Origin: Eubacteriales bacterium
Lineage (GTDB): Bacteria > Bacillota > Clostridia > Oscillospirales > JAAYXM01
Reading direction: 5' to 3'
DNA length: 64,000 nt
Assembly: GCA_045537045.1 (NCBI GenBank)
Contig: JAZSOS010000033.1
Location: 44,838 to 108,837 of the forward strand
The position numbers and the translations under genes are program-made. This document shows, one piece after another, positions 9,779 through 21,910 of this stretch. Under the pieces are notes generated by a model. It saw only the letters and a program-made list of their open reading frames with translations, was not told the DNA's origin and did no database searches. The first letter of the stretch is position 1. Each line of letters starts with the position of its first letter.

Positions 9779-9827
9779 TTGACATAACGGTTACAATATG
9801 TTACAATATATGTAATTGTTTTGTAAT
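9779..9827 (+). promoter_or_regulatory. sigma-A promoter with WalR-like direct repeats
   Basis: TTGACA(9779)-17-TACAAT(9802); TGTAAT-N5-TGTAAT at 9811-9827; GTTACA at 9790 and 9800. Confidence 0.55.
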
Positions 9828-9843
9828 TAGGAGTAATTTTTGC

Positions 9844-10947
9844 ATGAGGAAAATCTTTATGGGCGCCGTTCTGGCGCTGTGCCTTTTCTGCGGAATTTCA
9901 ACTGCCGTTGCGGCGAATGTCCCGACAGAAGCTGAGGCATATCAGAAAATTGTGGCTATGAAAAGCCAGTATCCCGAAGGGAAAACATGGACGAACGCTA
10001 CCCGCTATAACTGGAAGGGCGGTTCTTACGGTGCCGGCGGTTGCATGGGCTTTGCGTTTCGTATGTCAGATGCGGCGTTTGGAAATCTTCCTGCACGTGA
10101 CATTTATCCGTCATCCGGAAAGCCGATAACCATTTCCATGCTTCGCGTGGGCGATATTCTCCGCCTGCCGGGTCACAGCGTTGTTGTTCTTGAAAAGCAC
10201 GCAGACCACATCATCATCACCGAAGGCAACTATCAGCGCAGTGTTCACTGGGGACGTAAGATAACTGCCGCTCAGGTTAAAAAAGCGAGCTATTACACAA
10301 CTCGTTATCCCGTCGGTTATACCGAGCCGACTCCTGCAACAAAGACCGCGTCTGCAGTAAAGGAACCTGAAAAAATTTCCGTCACGGTGAACGGCGTTAC
10401 ATATCAGATTGTTGATATTGCATCACACTGGGCGCGTGAGCATATAAAGGCATGCCTTACAAGCTCACTTCTCTCAACGAGCGGTGAGGCATCATACGCA
10501 TACTTTATGCCTAACGCAAGCGCAACCCGCGCACAGGTTGTTACAGCGCTTTACCGCGCAAAGGGCTCACCTAAGCCGGCATATTCAAGCTCGTTTGCGG
10601 ATGTTCCGCAGGATTGCTACTACGCAGATGCAGTTTCGTGGGCATCACAGAACGGTATTGTAACAGGCGTTACAGACACATCCTTTGCTCCTGATGCCGA
10701 GGTTACGCGTGAACAGCTTGCAGTTATAATGTACCGCTTTGCAAATGGCACGGAAACCGAGGGCGACCTCTCCGTATATGCAGACTGCGGCAACATTTCT
10801 TCATTCGCTGAAAATGCAGTACTCTGGGCAGTAAAGAACAACATAATTTCCGGCAAGAACGGACTTCTTCTGCCGCAGGGGAAAACATCACGTGCAGAGT
10901 TTGCTACGATGATTGTGCGATTCTCGATGTCTTTGGCTAAAGCATAA
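9844..10947 (+). CDS. secreted SLH-domain protein with N-terminal CHAP/NlpC-like domain
   Basis: Signal peptide; GCMGFA...GHSVVV...EGN; SLH repeats (HWA...TRAQ, FADV...TREQLA, YAD...SRAEFA). Confidence 0.8.
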   Translation: MRKIFMGAVLALCLFCGISTAVAANVPTEAEAYQKIVAMKSQYPEGKTWTNATRYNWKGGSYGAGGCMGFAFRMSDAAFGNLPARDIYPSSGKPITISMLRVGDILRLPGHSVVVLEKHADHIIITEGNYQRSVHWGRKITAAQVKKASYYTTRYPVGYTEPTPATKTASAVKEPEKISVTVNGVTYQIVDIASHWAREHIKACLTSSLLSTSGEASYAYFMPNASATRAQVVTALYRAKGSPKPAYSSSFADVPQDCYYADAVSWASQNGIVTGVTDTSFAPDAEVTREQLAVIMYRFANGTETEGDLSVYADCGNISSFAENAVLWAVKNNIISGKNGLLLPQGKTSRAEFATMIVRFSMSLAKA

Positions 10948-10964
10948 GCAACTCAGATATTACA

Positions 10965-11005
10965 GAAGCTGTAGAAAAAAACGTTGACTTTTTCTACAGC
11001 TTCTC
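10965..11005. terminator. hairpin between convergent SLH gene and uvrA
   Basis: AGAAGCTGTAGAAAAA...TTTTTCTACAGCTTCT inverted repeat followed by a T-rich tract. Confidence 0.7.
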
Positions 11006-11020
11006 TTTTGTATTCTTTTT

Positions 11021-13849
11021 TTATATCAGCACGTTCTTAAGATAGTGACCGGTGTATGACTCTTTCGCCTTTGCCACCTCTTCCGGTGTTCCTGTTGCCA
11101 CGATTTCACCGCCGCCATCGCCGCCCTCGGGACCGAGGTCGATAACGTGGTCGGCACATTTTATAACATCAAGGTTATGCTCGATAACAACAACGGTGTT
11201 CCCTGCGTCCGTAAGGCGAGCGAGCATATCAACAAGCTTATGAACATCGGCTACGTGAAGCCCTGTTGTCGGCTCGTCGAGAATGTAAATAGTTTTGCCC
11301 GTGCTTCTTCTTGACAGCTCTGTTGCAAGCTTTACGCGCTGCGCCTCACCGCCGGAGAGCGTTGTTGAGCTTTGCCCGAGCTTTATATAGCCTAGGCCTA
11401 CATCGCAAAGCGTCTGCATCTTACGCGCGATTTTCGGCACATTTTTGAAAAACTCGCACGCTTCCTCACACGTCATATCAAGCACTTCAAAGATGTTTTT
11501 GCCCTTGTATTTAACCTCAAGCGTTTCGCGGTTATATCTCTTCCCGTGGCACACATCACAGGTGACGTAAATGTCCGGGAGAAAGTGCATCTCAATCTTA
11601 TTTACACCGTCTCCGGCACATGCCTCACATCTGCCGCCCTTTACGTTAAAGGAGAAACGGCTGCTTGTATACCCGCGCATCTTCGCATCGGGGCTCATCG
11701 CAAAAAGCGTGCGTATATCATTGAAAACGCCGGTATACGTCGCCGGATTTGAGCGCGGAGTTCGCCCGATAGGTGACTGGTCGATGTCTATTATCTTGTC
11801 AAGATGCTCTATCCCTTCTATTTTTTTGAACTTACCGGGATGCGTTTTTGCGCCGTTGAGTTCTTGGGCAAGGTGTTTATATAGAATTTCATTGGTGAGC
11901 GAAGATTTCCCCGATCCGGAAACACCCGTTATGCAGGTGAATTTCCCAAGTGGAATCGAAACGTCGATATTTTTGAGGTTGTTCTCACTTGCCCCCATTA
12001 TTTTCAGAGACTTTCCTGTTCCCTTTCTTCTCTTTTCCGGAACCGGAATTTTTTTCTTACCGGAGAGATACTGACCGGTAATTGAACGCTTTTCCGCAAT
12101 AATATCATCTATTGAGCCTGCGGCAACAATCTCGCCGCCGTGAACGCCCGCACCGGGTCCTACGTCTACGATAAAGTCCGCCGCGCGCATAGTATCCTCA
12201 TCGTGTTCTACAACAATAAGCGTGTTGCCGAGGTCACGAAGCTGACAAAGCGTTGCGAGAAGCTTGTCATTATCGCGCTGGTGAAGCCCTATCGACGGCT
12301 CGTCAAGAATGTAGAGTACGCCCATAAGCGATGCGCCAATCTGCGTGGCGAGGCGTATACGCTGGCTCTCACCGCCGGAAAGCGTTCCCGCACTTCTTGA
12401 GAGTGTGAGATACGAAAGACCTACGCTCTTCAAAAAACCAAGTCGCGCCTTTATCTCCCGGAGTATCAGCTCGGCTATCTTCTTTTCCCTCTCGCCGAGC
12501 TTGTCATCAAGGCTGTTTACAAAATCAAGTGCATCGTTTACCGACATATCACACATCTGGGCAATGTTTATATCGCCTATGGTTACTGCAAGCGCCTCGC
12601 GGCGAAGTCTTTTTCCTCCGCAGGTTGCACACGGCGTGCTTATCATACATTCCTCAATCTCTGCCTTTGAATACTCGCTCGCCGTTTCATGATAACGTCG
12701 CTCAAGGTTTGCGACAAGACCTTCCCATGCCTGAGTGTAGTTCCCCTGACCGTAAGACTTGTCGTAGTGAAGCGGAATTTTTTCACCGTTCGTTCCGTAA
12801 AGCAATGCGTTATAAGCCTTTTCGGGAATTTCCCCAACCGGCGTTGCAAGGTCAAAGCCGTAGTGCGAGGCTAACCCGTCATAATACATTCTGCAGATTG
12901 TTCCGGGGGCGGCGTTTGTCCATCCGGAGGCGTGGATTGCGCCCTCGAGAATGGATTTTGTCTTGTCCGGAATTATCATATCAGGGTCAACCTTTAAGTG
13001 CGTGCCGAGTCCCGTACAGTCCGGACACGCGCCGTGAGGGTTATTAAAAGAAAACATCCTCGGCGTAAGCTCTTCAATGCTGATTCCGCAGTCCTCGCAC
13101 GCATAGTTCTGCGAAAACATAAGCTCTTCCCCTCCGATTACATCAACTAAAATTATGCCTCCGGAGAGATTTGACGCAGTTTCTATCGAATCGGCAAGTC
13201 TTGTTTCAATGCCTTCCTTTATAACAAGACGGTCAATTATTATTTCAATATTGTGCTTTTTGTTCTTCTCAAGCTTTATATCCTCGGAAAGGTCGTAGAT
13301 GTTGCCGTCAACTCTTGCGCGGACATAACCTGATTTTTTTGCACTCTCAAAAACCTTCTCATGCTCACCCTTTCTTCCTCGGACAACCGGGGCAAGAATT
13401 TGAAACTTTGTTCCCTCCGGAAGAGAGAGAATGCGATCGCATATCTGGTCAATCGTCTGCTGCTCAATTACCTTTCCACACACAGGACAATGCGGAGTTC
13501 CGGCACGCGCCCACAAAAGACGCAGATAGTCATAAATCTCCGTTACTGTACCGACGGTCGAACGCGGATTTTTTGATGTTGTTTTCTGGTCGATTGAAAT
13601 TGCGGGTGAAAGCCCCTCTATATAGTCAACATCCGGCTTTTCCATACGCCCGAGAAACATTCTCGCATATGATGAAAGCGACTCGACATATCTTCTCTGC
13701 CCTTCGGCATAAATCGTGTCAAAGGCAAGGCTCGATTTTCCCGAGCCGGAAAGCCCCGTGACAACAATAAGGCTGTCGCGCGGGATTTCTATATCGACAT
13801 TTTTAAGATTATGTTCTCTTGCACCTTTTACATAAATCGTTTTATTCAT
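11021..13849 (-). CDS. uvrA: excinuclease ABC subunit A
   Basis: GAREHNLKN, two Walker A ([18 protein letters not shown]), LSGGE signatures, zinc fingers. Confidence 0.98.
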   Translation of the reverse strand: MNKTIYVKGAREHNLKNVDIEIPRDSLIVVTGLSGSGKSSLAFDTIYAEGQRRYVESLSSYARMFLGRMEKPDVDYIEGLSPAISIDQKTTSKNPRSTVGTVTEIYDYLRLLWARAGTPHCPVCGKVIEQQTIDQICDRILSLPEGTKFQILAPVVRGRKGEHEKVFESAKKSGYVRARVDGNIYDLSEDIKLEKNKKHNIEIIIDRLVIKEGIETRLADSIETASNLSGGIILVDVIGGEELMFSQNYACEDCGISIEELTPRMFSFNNPHGACPDCTGLGTHLKVDPDMIIPDKTKSILEGAIHASGWTNAAPGTICRMYYDGLASHYGFDLATPVGEIPEKAYNALLYGTNGEKIPLHYDKSYGQGNYTQAWEGLVANLERRYHETASEYSKAEIEECMISTPCATCGGKRLRREALAVTIGDINIAQMCDMSVNDALDFVNSLDDKLGEREKKIAELILREIKARLGFLKSVGLSYLTLSRSAGTLSGGESQRIRLATQIGASLMGVLYILDEPSIGLHQRDNDKLLATLCQLRDLGNTLIVVEHDEDTMRAADFIVDVGPGAGVHGGEIVAAGSIDDIIAEKRSITGQYLSGKKKIPVPEKRRKGTGKSLKIMGASENNLKNIDVSIPLGKFTCITGVSGSGKSSLTNEILYKHLAQELNGAKTHPGKFKKIEGIEHLDKIIDIDQSPIGRTPRSNPATYTGVFNDIRTLFAMSPDAKMRGYTSSRFSFNVKGGRCEACAGDGVNKIEMHFLPDIYVTCDVCHGKRYNRETLEVKYKGKNIFEVLDMTCEEACEFFKNVPKIARKMQTLCDVGLGYIKLGQSSTTLSGGEAQRVKLATELSRRSTGKTIYILDEPTTGLHVADVHKLVDMLARLTDAGNTVVVIEHNLDVIKCADHVIDLGPEGGDGGGEIVATGTPEEVAKAKESYTGHYLKNVLI

Positions 13850-13852
13850 CTG

Positions 13853-15814
13853 TTACTCACCTCTGAGTTCTATTATCCTGTCGCGGAGCATTGCTGCATA
13901 CTCAAACTCAAGCATCTTTGATGCCTCACGCATATCGCGCTCGAGCTTGCGTATCATCTCATCACGCTCAGATTTTGTTAGCTTTTCTTTCTTAACTGCG
14001 CTTGCATCCTTTGAAATTTCGAGAAGCTCTGCAACGTCCTTCTTTATGGTTTTGGGAACTATTCCGTGCTTTTCGTTATACGCAGACTGAATCCTTCTTC
14101 TGCGCTCAGTTTCATCAATTGCGCGCTGCATTGAGCCGGTCATATTATCGGCGTACATAATAACCTTACCGTGGTCGTTTCGTGCCGCACGTCCCATCGT
14201 CTGAATAAGCGAGGTTTCACTTCTGAGGAAGCCTTCCTTGTCTGCATCAAGTATCGCGACAAGCGACACCTCGGGAATATCAAGACCTTCGCGGAGAAGA
14301 TTTATTCCGACAAGTACATCAAATGTGCCGAGGCGCAAATCACGGATTATTTCTATTCTCTCAATAGTTTCTACGTTGTGGTGTAGATACTTCACCTTTA
14401 TTCCCACGTTTTCAAGATACGCAGTTAAATCCTCTGCCATCTTCTTTGTAAGCGTTGTGACAAGCACGCGCTCGCGTTTTTCCACACGCGCATTTATCTC
14501 GCCGATGAGGTCATCAATCTGCCCCTCTGTCGGGCGGACGGAAATCTCCGGGTCAAGCAATCCCGTCGGGCGGATAAGCTGTTCTGCTATATTTGCTGAG
14601 CGCTCTCTCTCATACTCTCCCGGCGTTGCGGAAACATAAACAACCTGATTTATATGCTCTTCAAACTCGCCAAAGTTAAGCGGTCTGTTGTCAAACGCGC
14701 TCGGCAAACGGAAGCCGTATTTAACAAGAACTTCCTTTCTCGCACGGTCGCCTGCATACATTCCTCGCACCTGCGGGAGTGTCACGTGAGACTCGTCAAC
14801 GATAAGAAGAAAATCATTGGGAAAATAATCCATAAGCGTAAAGGGTGCCGAGCCCGGCTCTCTTCCGCTTATTATGCGTGAGTAGTTTTCAATCCCGGTG
14901 CAGTAGCCAAGCTCCTGCATCATCTCAACGTCATACTGCGTGCGTTGGCGAAGCCTTTGCGCCTCTAAAAGCTTTCCGTCCTCTTCAAACTGCCGCACGC
15001 AAAGCTCCATTTCATCTATTATGTCGTTGCACGCCTTTGCCATTTTCTCCGGCGTGGAAACATAGTGTGATGCGGGATATATAGCGACGTGGGAAAGCTC
15101 GCGCTTTGCCGCACCCGTAACGATATTTATTTCCGAAATGCGGTCAACCTCATCACCGAAAAACTCAACGCGTATGCCCGTGTCATTTGAATAAACGGGG
15201 AATATCTCAACGGTATCACCGCGCACGCGGAATTTATTTCGCTCAAACGCAATGTCATTGCGCTCATAGCGGATTTCAACAAGCTTGCGTATAAGCGCAT
15301 CGCGCTCATAAGTTTTACCGGGGCGCAGGGAGATAACCATACTTGAATAATCTATCGGGTCACCGAGACCGTAAATGCACGAAACACTGGCAACAATGAT
15401 AACATCCCGCCGCTCGCCAAGCGACGCGGTTGCGCTGTGGCGCAGGCGGTCAATCTCCTCGTTTGTGGACGAGTCCTTTTCGATATATGTGTCGGTGTGC
15501 GGGATATATGCCTCCGGCTGGTAATAATCAAAGTAAGATACAAAATACTCTACGGCGTTTTCAGGAAAGAATGCACGAAGCTCCGAGCATAGCTGGGCGG
15601 CAAGCGTTTTGTTGTGTGCAAGCACAAGCGTAGGCTTTTGCACGCGCTCTATGATATTTGCCATTGTAAAGGTCTTTCCCGAGCCGGTAACACCGAGAAG
15701 CGTCTGCTCGGAAAGCCCCATTTCAATTCCCGATACGAGTGCAGAGATAGCCTCCGGCTGGTCACCAGACGGAGTATACTCTGAAACAAGCTTGAATTTT
15801 CTATTTTCTTCCAC
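13853..15814 (-). CDS. uvrB: excinuclease ABC subunit B
   Basis: [39 protein letters not shown]-terminal UVR domain. Confidence 0.98.
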   Translation of the reverse strand: MEENRKFKLVSEYTPSGDQPEAISALVSGIEMGLSEQTLLGVTGSGKTFTMANIIERVQKPTLVLAHNKTLAAQLCSELRAFFPENAVEYFVSYFDYYQPEAYIPHTDTYIEKDSSTNEEIDRLRHSATASLGERRDVIIVASVSCIYGLGDPIDYSSMVISLRPGKTYERDALIRKLVEIRYERNDIAFERNKFRVRGDTVEIFPVYSNDTGIRVEFFGDEVDRISEINIVTGAAKRELSHVAIYPASHYVSTPEKMAKACNDIIDEMELCVRQFEEDGKLLEAQRLRQRTQYDVEMMQELGYCTGIENYSRIISGREPGSAPFTLMDYFPNDFLLIVDESHVTLPQVRGMYAGDRARKEVLVKYGFRLPSAFDNRPLNFGEFEEHINQVVYVSATPGEYERERSANIAEQLIRPTGLLDPEISVRPTEGQIDDLIGEINARVEKRERVLVTTLTKKMAEDLTAYLENVGIKVKYLHHNVETIERIEIIRDLRLGTFDVLVGINLLREGLDIPEVSLVAILDADKEGFLRSETSLIQTMGRAARNDHGKVIMYADNMTGSMQRAIDETERRRRIQSAYNEKHGIVPKTIKKDVAELLEISKDASAVKKEKLTKSERDEMIRKLERDMREASKMLEFEYAAMLRDRIIELRGE

Positions 15815-15841
15815 GGCGCAACACCCAGCTTTCGGAAATTC

Positions 15842-16972
15842 TTATATAATACACATAAATGCAGTTAGAATACCTAAAAATGCAAAGTTAAAAACAGAGA
15901 ACATAATAATATAATGACGCACTTTTCCCGGATTATGCTTTAAGTACTCGCGAAACGTTATAAGGCTTGCTAGAGATGCAATAAGCGTACCTGTACCGCC
16001 AATATTCACGCCGATAAGAAGATTTGCGTAATCCTCCGTAAACTGTGAAAGAAGAATAGAAGACGGAACGTTGCTTATCACCTGACAGGAAAGGATAGAA
16101 GAAAGAAGTGTGCTTTTTTCAAGAAGAGAGGAAAAAAGAGTGTTCACAGCAGGGATTCGCGCCATATTTCCTGCAAAGATGAAGAAAAACACAAAGGTTA
16201 AAAGCAAAGGATAGTCAACTGCACGTAAAGCCTTTCTGTCGGCAAAGAAAAGAACCGCCGGAATGATTACAAGCCCTGACTGATAAGGGATAACACGGAA
16301 AACAATAACAATTGAAAGAACAAATAGAATACTGTAAAGAATCGTGCGCCGCAGGTTGAGGGGTGTCTTTGCATAGCACAAGAAAAGCGGCTCCGGCTTC
16401 ACAAAAATTATGCAGCAAGCCGTTATAAGAAGCACCGAAAGGATAAACGGAGGAAACATTATCTGCATAAACTCGTATGTCGGAATGCTGAATTTTGTGT
16501 AGAGATAAAGGTTCTGCGGATTTCCGAACGGAGTGAGCATACCGCCGAGGTTTGCCGCTATGTTCTGCATAACGAAGGTGAAAGACATATAATTTGTTTT
16601 GTTGGTCGCGGTCAGAACGAAATATCCAAGCGGAAGAAAGGTTAAAAGCGCCATATCGTTTGCAATAAACATAGAGCCGATAAACGTGATATATACAAGC
16701 GCAAGTACACTCAGTCTCGCATTTTTGAAAACAGAAACAACTTTTCTGGCAAGAACATAGAAAAAGTTTATATTCCGAAGTGCGCAGACAACTGCAAGAA
16801 CACAGAAAAGGCATGTAAGTGTTTTAAAATCAAAATACCCGATATACGCGCGGTCAACAGGAACGATAAGGCTTGTTGTGAGCGCAGCCGCAAACGCGAT
16901 GCTCATAACTGCATTTTCTTTGAAAAATCTGAAAATGCGCAAATAGTTTTTCTCAGGTGCTGCGGTTTGCAT
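15842..16972 (-). CDS. SLC13/ArsB-NhaD family anion permease (citrate transporter-like)
   Basis: IANDMAL, AANLGGMLTPFGNPQNLYL, QVISNVP, NIGGTGTLIASLA. Confidence 0.85.
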   Translation of the reverse strand: MQTAAPEKNYLRIFRFFKENAVMSIAFAAALTTSLIVPVDRAYIGYFDFKTLTCLFCVLAVVCALRNINFFYVLARKVVSVFKNARLSVLALVYITFIGSMFIANDMALLTFLPLGYFVLTATNKTNYMSFTFVMQNIAANLGGMLTPFGNPQNLYLYTKFSIPTYEFMQIMFPPFILSVLLITACCIIFVKPEPLFLCYAKTPLNLRRTILYSILFVLSIVIVFRVIPYQSGLVIIPAVLFFADRKALRAVDYPLLLTFVFFFIFAGNMARIPAVNTLFSSLLEKSTLLSSILSCQVISNVPSSILLSQFTEDYANLLIGVNIGGTGTLIASLASLITFREYLKHNPGKVRHYIIMFSVFNFAFLGILTAFMCII

Positions 16973-17029
16973 TATATTAAACTCCCTTTTTGTTGTTTTT
17001 AAACCTTAAGGTGTTCTTCTCCCCTCGGC

Positions 17030-18616
17030 TTAACGCTTCAGAACTGCTTCCGCAACGCGGATTCCGTCAACCGCAGAGGACAGTATCCCTCCGGCATATC
17101 CCGCGCCCTCTCCGCACGGATAAATCCCGCGCAGAGATGCCTGAAGCGTATCGTCACGCAATATGCGCACAGGTGAGGATGAGCGCGTTTCCGGTGCGGT
17201 AAGCACCGCTTCTCCGTCTGCAAACGCGCGGACAAGGCGGGAAAAGCCCAAAAGCCCCGCACGCAGTGTTTCATTTACATAGTCGGGGAAAAGTGCGGAG
17301 ATGTCACATTCGCGCACTCCCGGACGGAACGACGGTACGATTTTACCGAATCCCGTTTTCCTTCCCGTAAGAAATCCCTCAACCGTCTGTGCAGGAGCAT
17401 AGAAGTTCTCGCCACCGAGAGAAAATGCCGCACGCTCAATACTCCGCTGAAGCTCGACACCTGCAAGCGGAGAAGTCCCTCCGAAATCCTCAGGCATAAC
17501 GTTTACAAGCAGTGCGCTGTTTGAGTTTTCAAGATTTCTGGCATAAAGGCTCATTCCGTTCGTAACAACGCCGCCCGCTTCGCTCGATGCATTTATAACC
17601 TCGCCGCCCGGACACATACAGAAGGTATATACCGCGCGACCGTTCGGATAGCGGTTTGAAAGCTTGTAATCTGCCGCGCCTAGCGCCGGATGTCCGGCAA
17701 ATTCACCGTAACGGCATACGTCTATATCAAAGCGCAGGTGCTCTATTCTCACACCCATCGAAAACGGCTTCTGCTCCATCGTTACGCCCATATCAAGAAG
17801 AAGCGAAAAAACATCGCGCGCAGAGTGCCCGACGGCAAGCACGATATCGTCCGTTTCAAACGATATTTCTCCCGACTTAAGTTTGCACACCGCTTCACAG
17901 ACATGACCGTCCTTTGACCTTATTTCACTTAGTGTGCAGTTAAAATAAACCTCGCCGCCAAGCTCCTTTATCTTCTCGCGGATTCCCGAAACAACTCCCG
18001 GAAGCTTGTCCGAGCCAATGTGCGGGTTTCTTATATACATAATCTCAGGCGGTGCGCCATGTTCAACAAACGTGCGGAAAACCTCAAACCGACGTGCGTC
18101 GTGCGTTCCGGAATTGAGCTTTCCGTCAGAAAACGTTCCCGCGCCGCCCTCGCCAAACTGCACGTTTGACGATGTGTTAAGCCTGCCACACTCAAAAAAG
18201 CGCGATACGGATACTGCACGCTCTTCCACGCTTTCTCCGCGCTCTATAAGTATTGGACGCGCACCATGGCGCGCAAGCGTAAGCGCACAGAAAAGTCCCG
18301 CCGGTCCCGCACCGACAACAACAGGACGGTGCTGCGGAAGGACGGGTGTTGGTGCCTTGATTTTTTCTACGCACGGGAGAAGCGTTATATCTCCACGCTT
18401 TATTCGTGAGACGATTTTCTTCTCATCACCGCGCACGGAAACATCCACGGAATACACAAAGCAGACACGCGTCTTGTCTCTGGCATCCACGGCCTTTTTA
18501 ACAATATCAAGCTTTTGTATCTCTCCCGGTGCAATGCCCAGCGCACGGGCTGCGCGCTTTGCGAGAAGCGTCTCCTTCTCATCAAGAGAAAGCTTTAAAT
18601 TACCTATTCTTATCAT
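17030..18616 (-). CDS. FAD-dependent oxidoreductase of unknown function
   Basis: VVGAGPAG, QFGEGGAGTFSDGKL, FCMCPGG, NGMS, GEGAGYAGGI. Confidence 0.85.
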   Translation of the reverse strand: MIRIGNLKLSLDEKETLLAKRAARALGIAPGEIQKLDIVKKAVDARDKTRVCFVYSVDVSVRGDEKKIVSRIKRGDITLLPCVEKIKAPTPVLPQHRPVVVGAGPAGLFCALTLARHGARPILIERGESVEERAVSVSRFFECGRLNTSSNVQFGEGGAGTFSDGKLNSGTHDARRFEVFRTFVEHGAPPEIMYIRNPHIGSDKLPGVVSGIREKIKELGGEVYFNCTLSEIRSKDGHVCEAVCKLKSGEISFETDDIVLAVGHSARDVFSLLLDMGVTMEQKPFSMGVRIEHLRFDIDVCRYGEFAGHPALGAADYKLSNRYPNGRAVYTFCMCPGGEVINASSEAGGVVTNGMSLYARNLENSNSALLVNVMPEDFGGTSPLAGVELQRSIERAAFSLGGENFYAPAQTVEGFLTGRKTGFGKIVPSFRPGVRECDISALFPDYVNETLRAGLLGFSRLVRAFADGEAVLTAPETRSSSPVRILRDDTLQASLRGIYPCGEGAGYAGGILSSAVDGIRVAEAVLKR

Positions 18617-18855
18617 AACAAAAACTTCCGTTATTCAAATTAATCTCAACATATTATTATAACAAAATTCATTTTAAAAGTAAATACCGCCATATCATTT
18701 TTGTATTTTATGCAGGTTTTCTTATGTTTTTCTTATAATCGGTCACTTTTTTACATTAATACTGTGGACTTTTCTTCCTTTATGTGGTATATTTATAATG
18801 TAGAATTTTGTGCAGAGAAAATCTCTCTGCTTTTAATCAAGGAGGAATATCAAAA

Positions 18856-20469
18856 ATGAAGCTCAATTATGCAGGTCTTCAGGATAAGGCCGGCTGGGAA
18901 GCCGCCGGTGTCACACTTCCGAAGTATGACTGGAAGGCAATGGCAGAAGAGACCGAAAAAAATCCCACATGGGTTCACTTCGGTGCAGGTAACATCTTCC
19001 GCGGCTTTGTTGCAAAGCTCCAGCACGACCTTCTCAACGCAGGTCACGTAAAAGGCGGTATCGTTGCTGCCGACACATTCGACTTTGACAACATCGACAT
19101 GATTTACCGTCCGTATGACGCAATGACGATGCTCGTTCTCCTCATGCCCGACGGCACAATGAAGAAAGAGGTTGTCGCATCCATCTCCGAGGGTCTCTGC
19201 GCAGGTGCTGCATATCCCGAGGATGTTGAAAAGCTTAAGAAAATCTTCCGCAACCCGAGCCTCCAGATGGTTTCCTACACCATCACGGAAAAGGGTTATG
19301 CTCTCCGCAACATTCAGGGCGAGTTCTTCCCGTTTGTTGAAGCAGACTTCAAGAACGGTCCGGAAAACTGCTCTCACGCAATGAGCCGCACAGCAGCATT
19401 CCTTCTTGAGCGCTTTAACGCTTGCAAGGCTCCGATTGCTGTTGTTTCTATGGACAACTGCTCTCACAACGGTGAGAAGCTCCGCGCTTCTGTTATGACT
19501 GTTGTTGAGAAGTGGCATGAAAACGGATTTGTTTCCGACGAGTTCGTTGCATGGGTAACAGACGAGAAGAACGTCTCCTTCCCGTGGTCAATGATTGATA
19601 AAATCACCCCGCGTCCGGCAAAGGTTGTTGAGGATGCTCTTGCAGATGCAGGAATTGAGGATATGGCTCCGAAGATTACTCCGAAGAACACCTTCGTTGC
19701 TCCGTTCGTAAACGCAGAAGAGCCGCAGTATCTTGTTGTTGAGGATCGCTTCCCGAACGGCCGCCCGCCGCTTGAGAAGGCTGGTGTTTTCCTCACAGAC
19801 CGCGACACGGTTAACAACACAGAAACAATGAAGGTAACAACCTGCCTTAACCCGCTCCACACCTGCCTTGCAGTTTATGGCTGCGTTCTCGGCTTTGACA
19901 CAATCGCATCCGAGATGAAAGACGCGCAGCTTTCCGCTCTCGTTCGTAAGGTCGGCTACGAGGAAGGTCTCCCGGTCGTTGTTGACCCGAAGATTCTCTC
20001 CCCGAAGGCATTTATCGATGAAGTTATCGAAAAGCGTCTCCCGAACCCGTTCGTTCCTGACACACCGCAGCGTATCGCCTGCGATACATCGCAGAAGGTT
20101 GCTATCCGCTTCGGCGAAACAATAAAGAGCTACATCGCTCGCGAGGATCTTGACCCGACAACTCTTACATACATCCCTCTCGCACTTGCAGGCTGGCTCC
20201 GCTATGTCCTTGCAATTGACGATAACGGCAATGCGTTTGAGTGCTCACCGGATCCGATGCTTGAGACAATGCAGAAGCAGCTCTCTTCTGTCAAGTTCGG
20301 CGAGCCGGCAAGCGTCAAGGGTAACATCGATGCTATCCTTACAAACGACACCCTCTTCGGTGTTGACCTTAAAAAGGTCGGTTTAGCTGACAAGGTTGAA
20401 GGAATGCTTGCAGAAATGATTGCAGGTGTCGGCGCTGTCCGCGCAACACTTAAGAAATACCTCGGTTAA
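18856..20469 (+). CDS. uxuB: mannitol dehydrogenase family protein (fructuronate reductase-like)
   Basis: WVHFGAGNIFRG, TITEKGY, SMDNCSHNG, MIDKITP, KVTTCLNPLH, RIACDTSQK. Confidence 0.8.
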   Translation: MKLNYAGLQDKAGWEAAGVTLPKYDWKAMAEETEKNPTWVHFGAGNIFRGFVAKLQHDLLNAGHVKGGIVAADTFDFDNIDMIYRPYDAMTMLVLLMPDGTMKKEVVASISEGLCAGAAYPEDVEKLKKIFRNPSLQMVSYTITEKGYALRNIQGEFFPFVEADFKNGPENCSHAMSRTAAFLLERFNACKAPIAVVSMDNCSHNGEKLRASVMTVVEKWHENGFVSDEFVAWVTDEKNVSFPWSMIDKITPRPAKVVEDALADAGIEDMAPKITPKNTFVAPFVNAEEPQYLVVEDRFPNGRPPLEKAGVFLTDRDTVNNTETMKVTTCLNPLHTCLAVYGCVLGFDTIASEMKDAQLSALVRKVGYEEGLPVVVDPKILSPKAFIDEVIEKRLPNPFVPDTPQRIACDTSQKVAIRFGETIKSYIAREDLDPTTLTYIPLALAGWLRYVLAIDDNGNAFECSPDPMLETMQKQLSSVKFGEPASVKGNIDAILTNDTLFGVDLKKVGLADKVEGMLAEMIAGVGAVRATLKKYLG

Positions 20470-20483
20470 TAATGTACAGCTTA

Positions 20484-20505
20484 TCCCCCGCCATACGGCG
20501 GGGGA
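20484..20505. repeat. GC-rich REP-like hairpin (CCCGCC-Nn-GGCGGG family)
   Basis: TCCCCCGCC-ATAC-GGCGGGGGA just after the stop codon. Confidence 0.55.
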
Positions 20506-20691
20506 GATTACTTTGTCAATATACTATTATTCCCCTCCATCCGGTGTGGAAAGTATTTTTTAATATACAGTATCCGCATACTGACAGCTGGGGATTTGCT
20601 TTGTCCCTTGCAGTATGTTAACTTGTGTTTGCACTTTGTTACATAACCCGAAAAAATGCGCAAAAGTCCATAAAAAAGCCAAAAAACACAC

Positions 20692-20719
20692 TTGACAAAA
20701 AACCCCTCTGTGTTATAAT
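20692..20719 (+). promoter_or_regulatory. sigma-A promoter
   Basis: TTGACA-16-TATAAT with extended -10 TG. Confidence 0.65.
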
Positions 20720-20819
20720 TGCGGTGTTAGGCGAATTCTCTGTATATCGGTATAATATCGCTATGCATGATCCCTTATCTCAAGTAATGGAAATATTTTT
20801 TGAAAGGAGCCTGAACACT

Positions 20820-21896
20820 ATGAAAAAACTAAATGTTGCCGTAATCGGATACGGCAGAAGCGGATGTGACATCCATTCAAATTTCTTCAAGTCCGAGAAC
20901 AACGACATCATCAACGTTGTCGCAGTTGTCGAGCTTGACCCTGCACGTGAAGCTGCTGCAAAGGCAGACTTTTGTTGCGATACATACAACGACTACAAAG
21001 CTCTTTTTAACCGCAATGACATTGACCTCGTTGTCAACGCATCTTATTCCCACATGCACTACCCCATCACTCTTGACCTTATAAACCACGGTTTTAACGT
21101 ACTTACAGAGAAGCCCATCTGCAAGACGGCAGATCAGCTTCGTGAACTTATCGCTGCTGCAAAGAAGAACAATGTTCTTTTCACCATCTTCCAGCAGTCT
21201 CGTCTTTCCCAGTACTTTATGGAAATGGAAAGAATCATTAAATCGGGCATTCTTGGTGACGTAAAGCTCGTGCGTTGCCGTTTCAGCGGATTCAGCCGCC
21301 GCTATGACTGGCAGACAGCAATCTGCCGCGATGCTGGCAACATGAGAAACACCGGTCCGCACCCGTTTGAGCAGTGCATTTGGCTTTCCGGCACAGACGA
21401 AATGCCGAAGAACATTTACTCCAAGCTTGAAATCTGGAACTCTGTCGGCGATGCAGAGGACTATGTCTATGCAATTCTCGAATACGAGAACGGCCCGCGC
21501 TTTGAAATTGAAACAAACCCGTCCGACCCGTACAACGATGGCTGGCTCTATCGCGTTTACGGCAACCGCGGTGCAATGCGCGTTTCTTCCACAAAGATTG
21601 AATATCAGTATTACCTCGAGGAAGAGAGCCCGCAGCCGAAGTTTGATATCAACTCTCTCCACAACGAAGACGGCTCACCTGCCTACTGCTCGGATAAGAT
21701 TGAATGGCACAAGGAAGAGCTTGAACTCCACGGCGATGCATTTGAGTTCGGTACTGCTGCATACTACCACAGGCTGTACGACCACATGGTAAACGGCGGT
21801 GAGCTCTTTATCAAGCCGGAGCACATCATTCCGGAAATCGCTATCTTTGAAGAAATCGAGCGCCAGAACCCGCTTACACAGACAATTTTTGAGTAA
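20820..21896 (+). CDS. Gfo/Idh/MocA family oxidoreductase
   Basis: VIGYGRSG Rossmann motif, EKP, GPH; ATG at 20820 after AAGGAG. Confidence 0.88.
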   Translation: MKKLNVAVIGYGRSGCDIHSNFFKSENNDIINVVAVVELDPAREAAAKADFCCDTYNDYKALFNRNDIDLVVNASYSHMHYPITLDLINHGFNVLTEKPICKTADQLRELIAAAKKNNVLFTIFQQSRLSQYFMEMERIIKSGILGDVKLVRCRFSGFSRRYDWQTAICRDAGNMRNTGPHPFEQCIWLSGTDEMPKNIYSKLEIWNSVGDAEDYVYAILEYENGPRFEIETNPSDPYNDGWLYRVYGNRGAMRVSSTKIEYQYYLEEESPQPKFDINSLHNEDGSPAYCSDKIEWHKEELELHGDAFEFGTAAYYHRLYDHMVNGGELFIKPEHIIPEIAIFEEIERQNPLTQTIFE

Positions 21897-21910
21897 CGGA
21901 GGAAGACACG

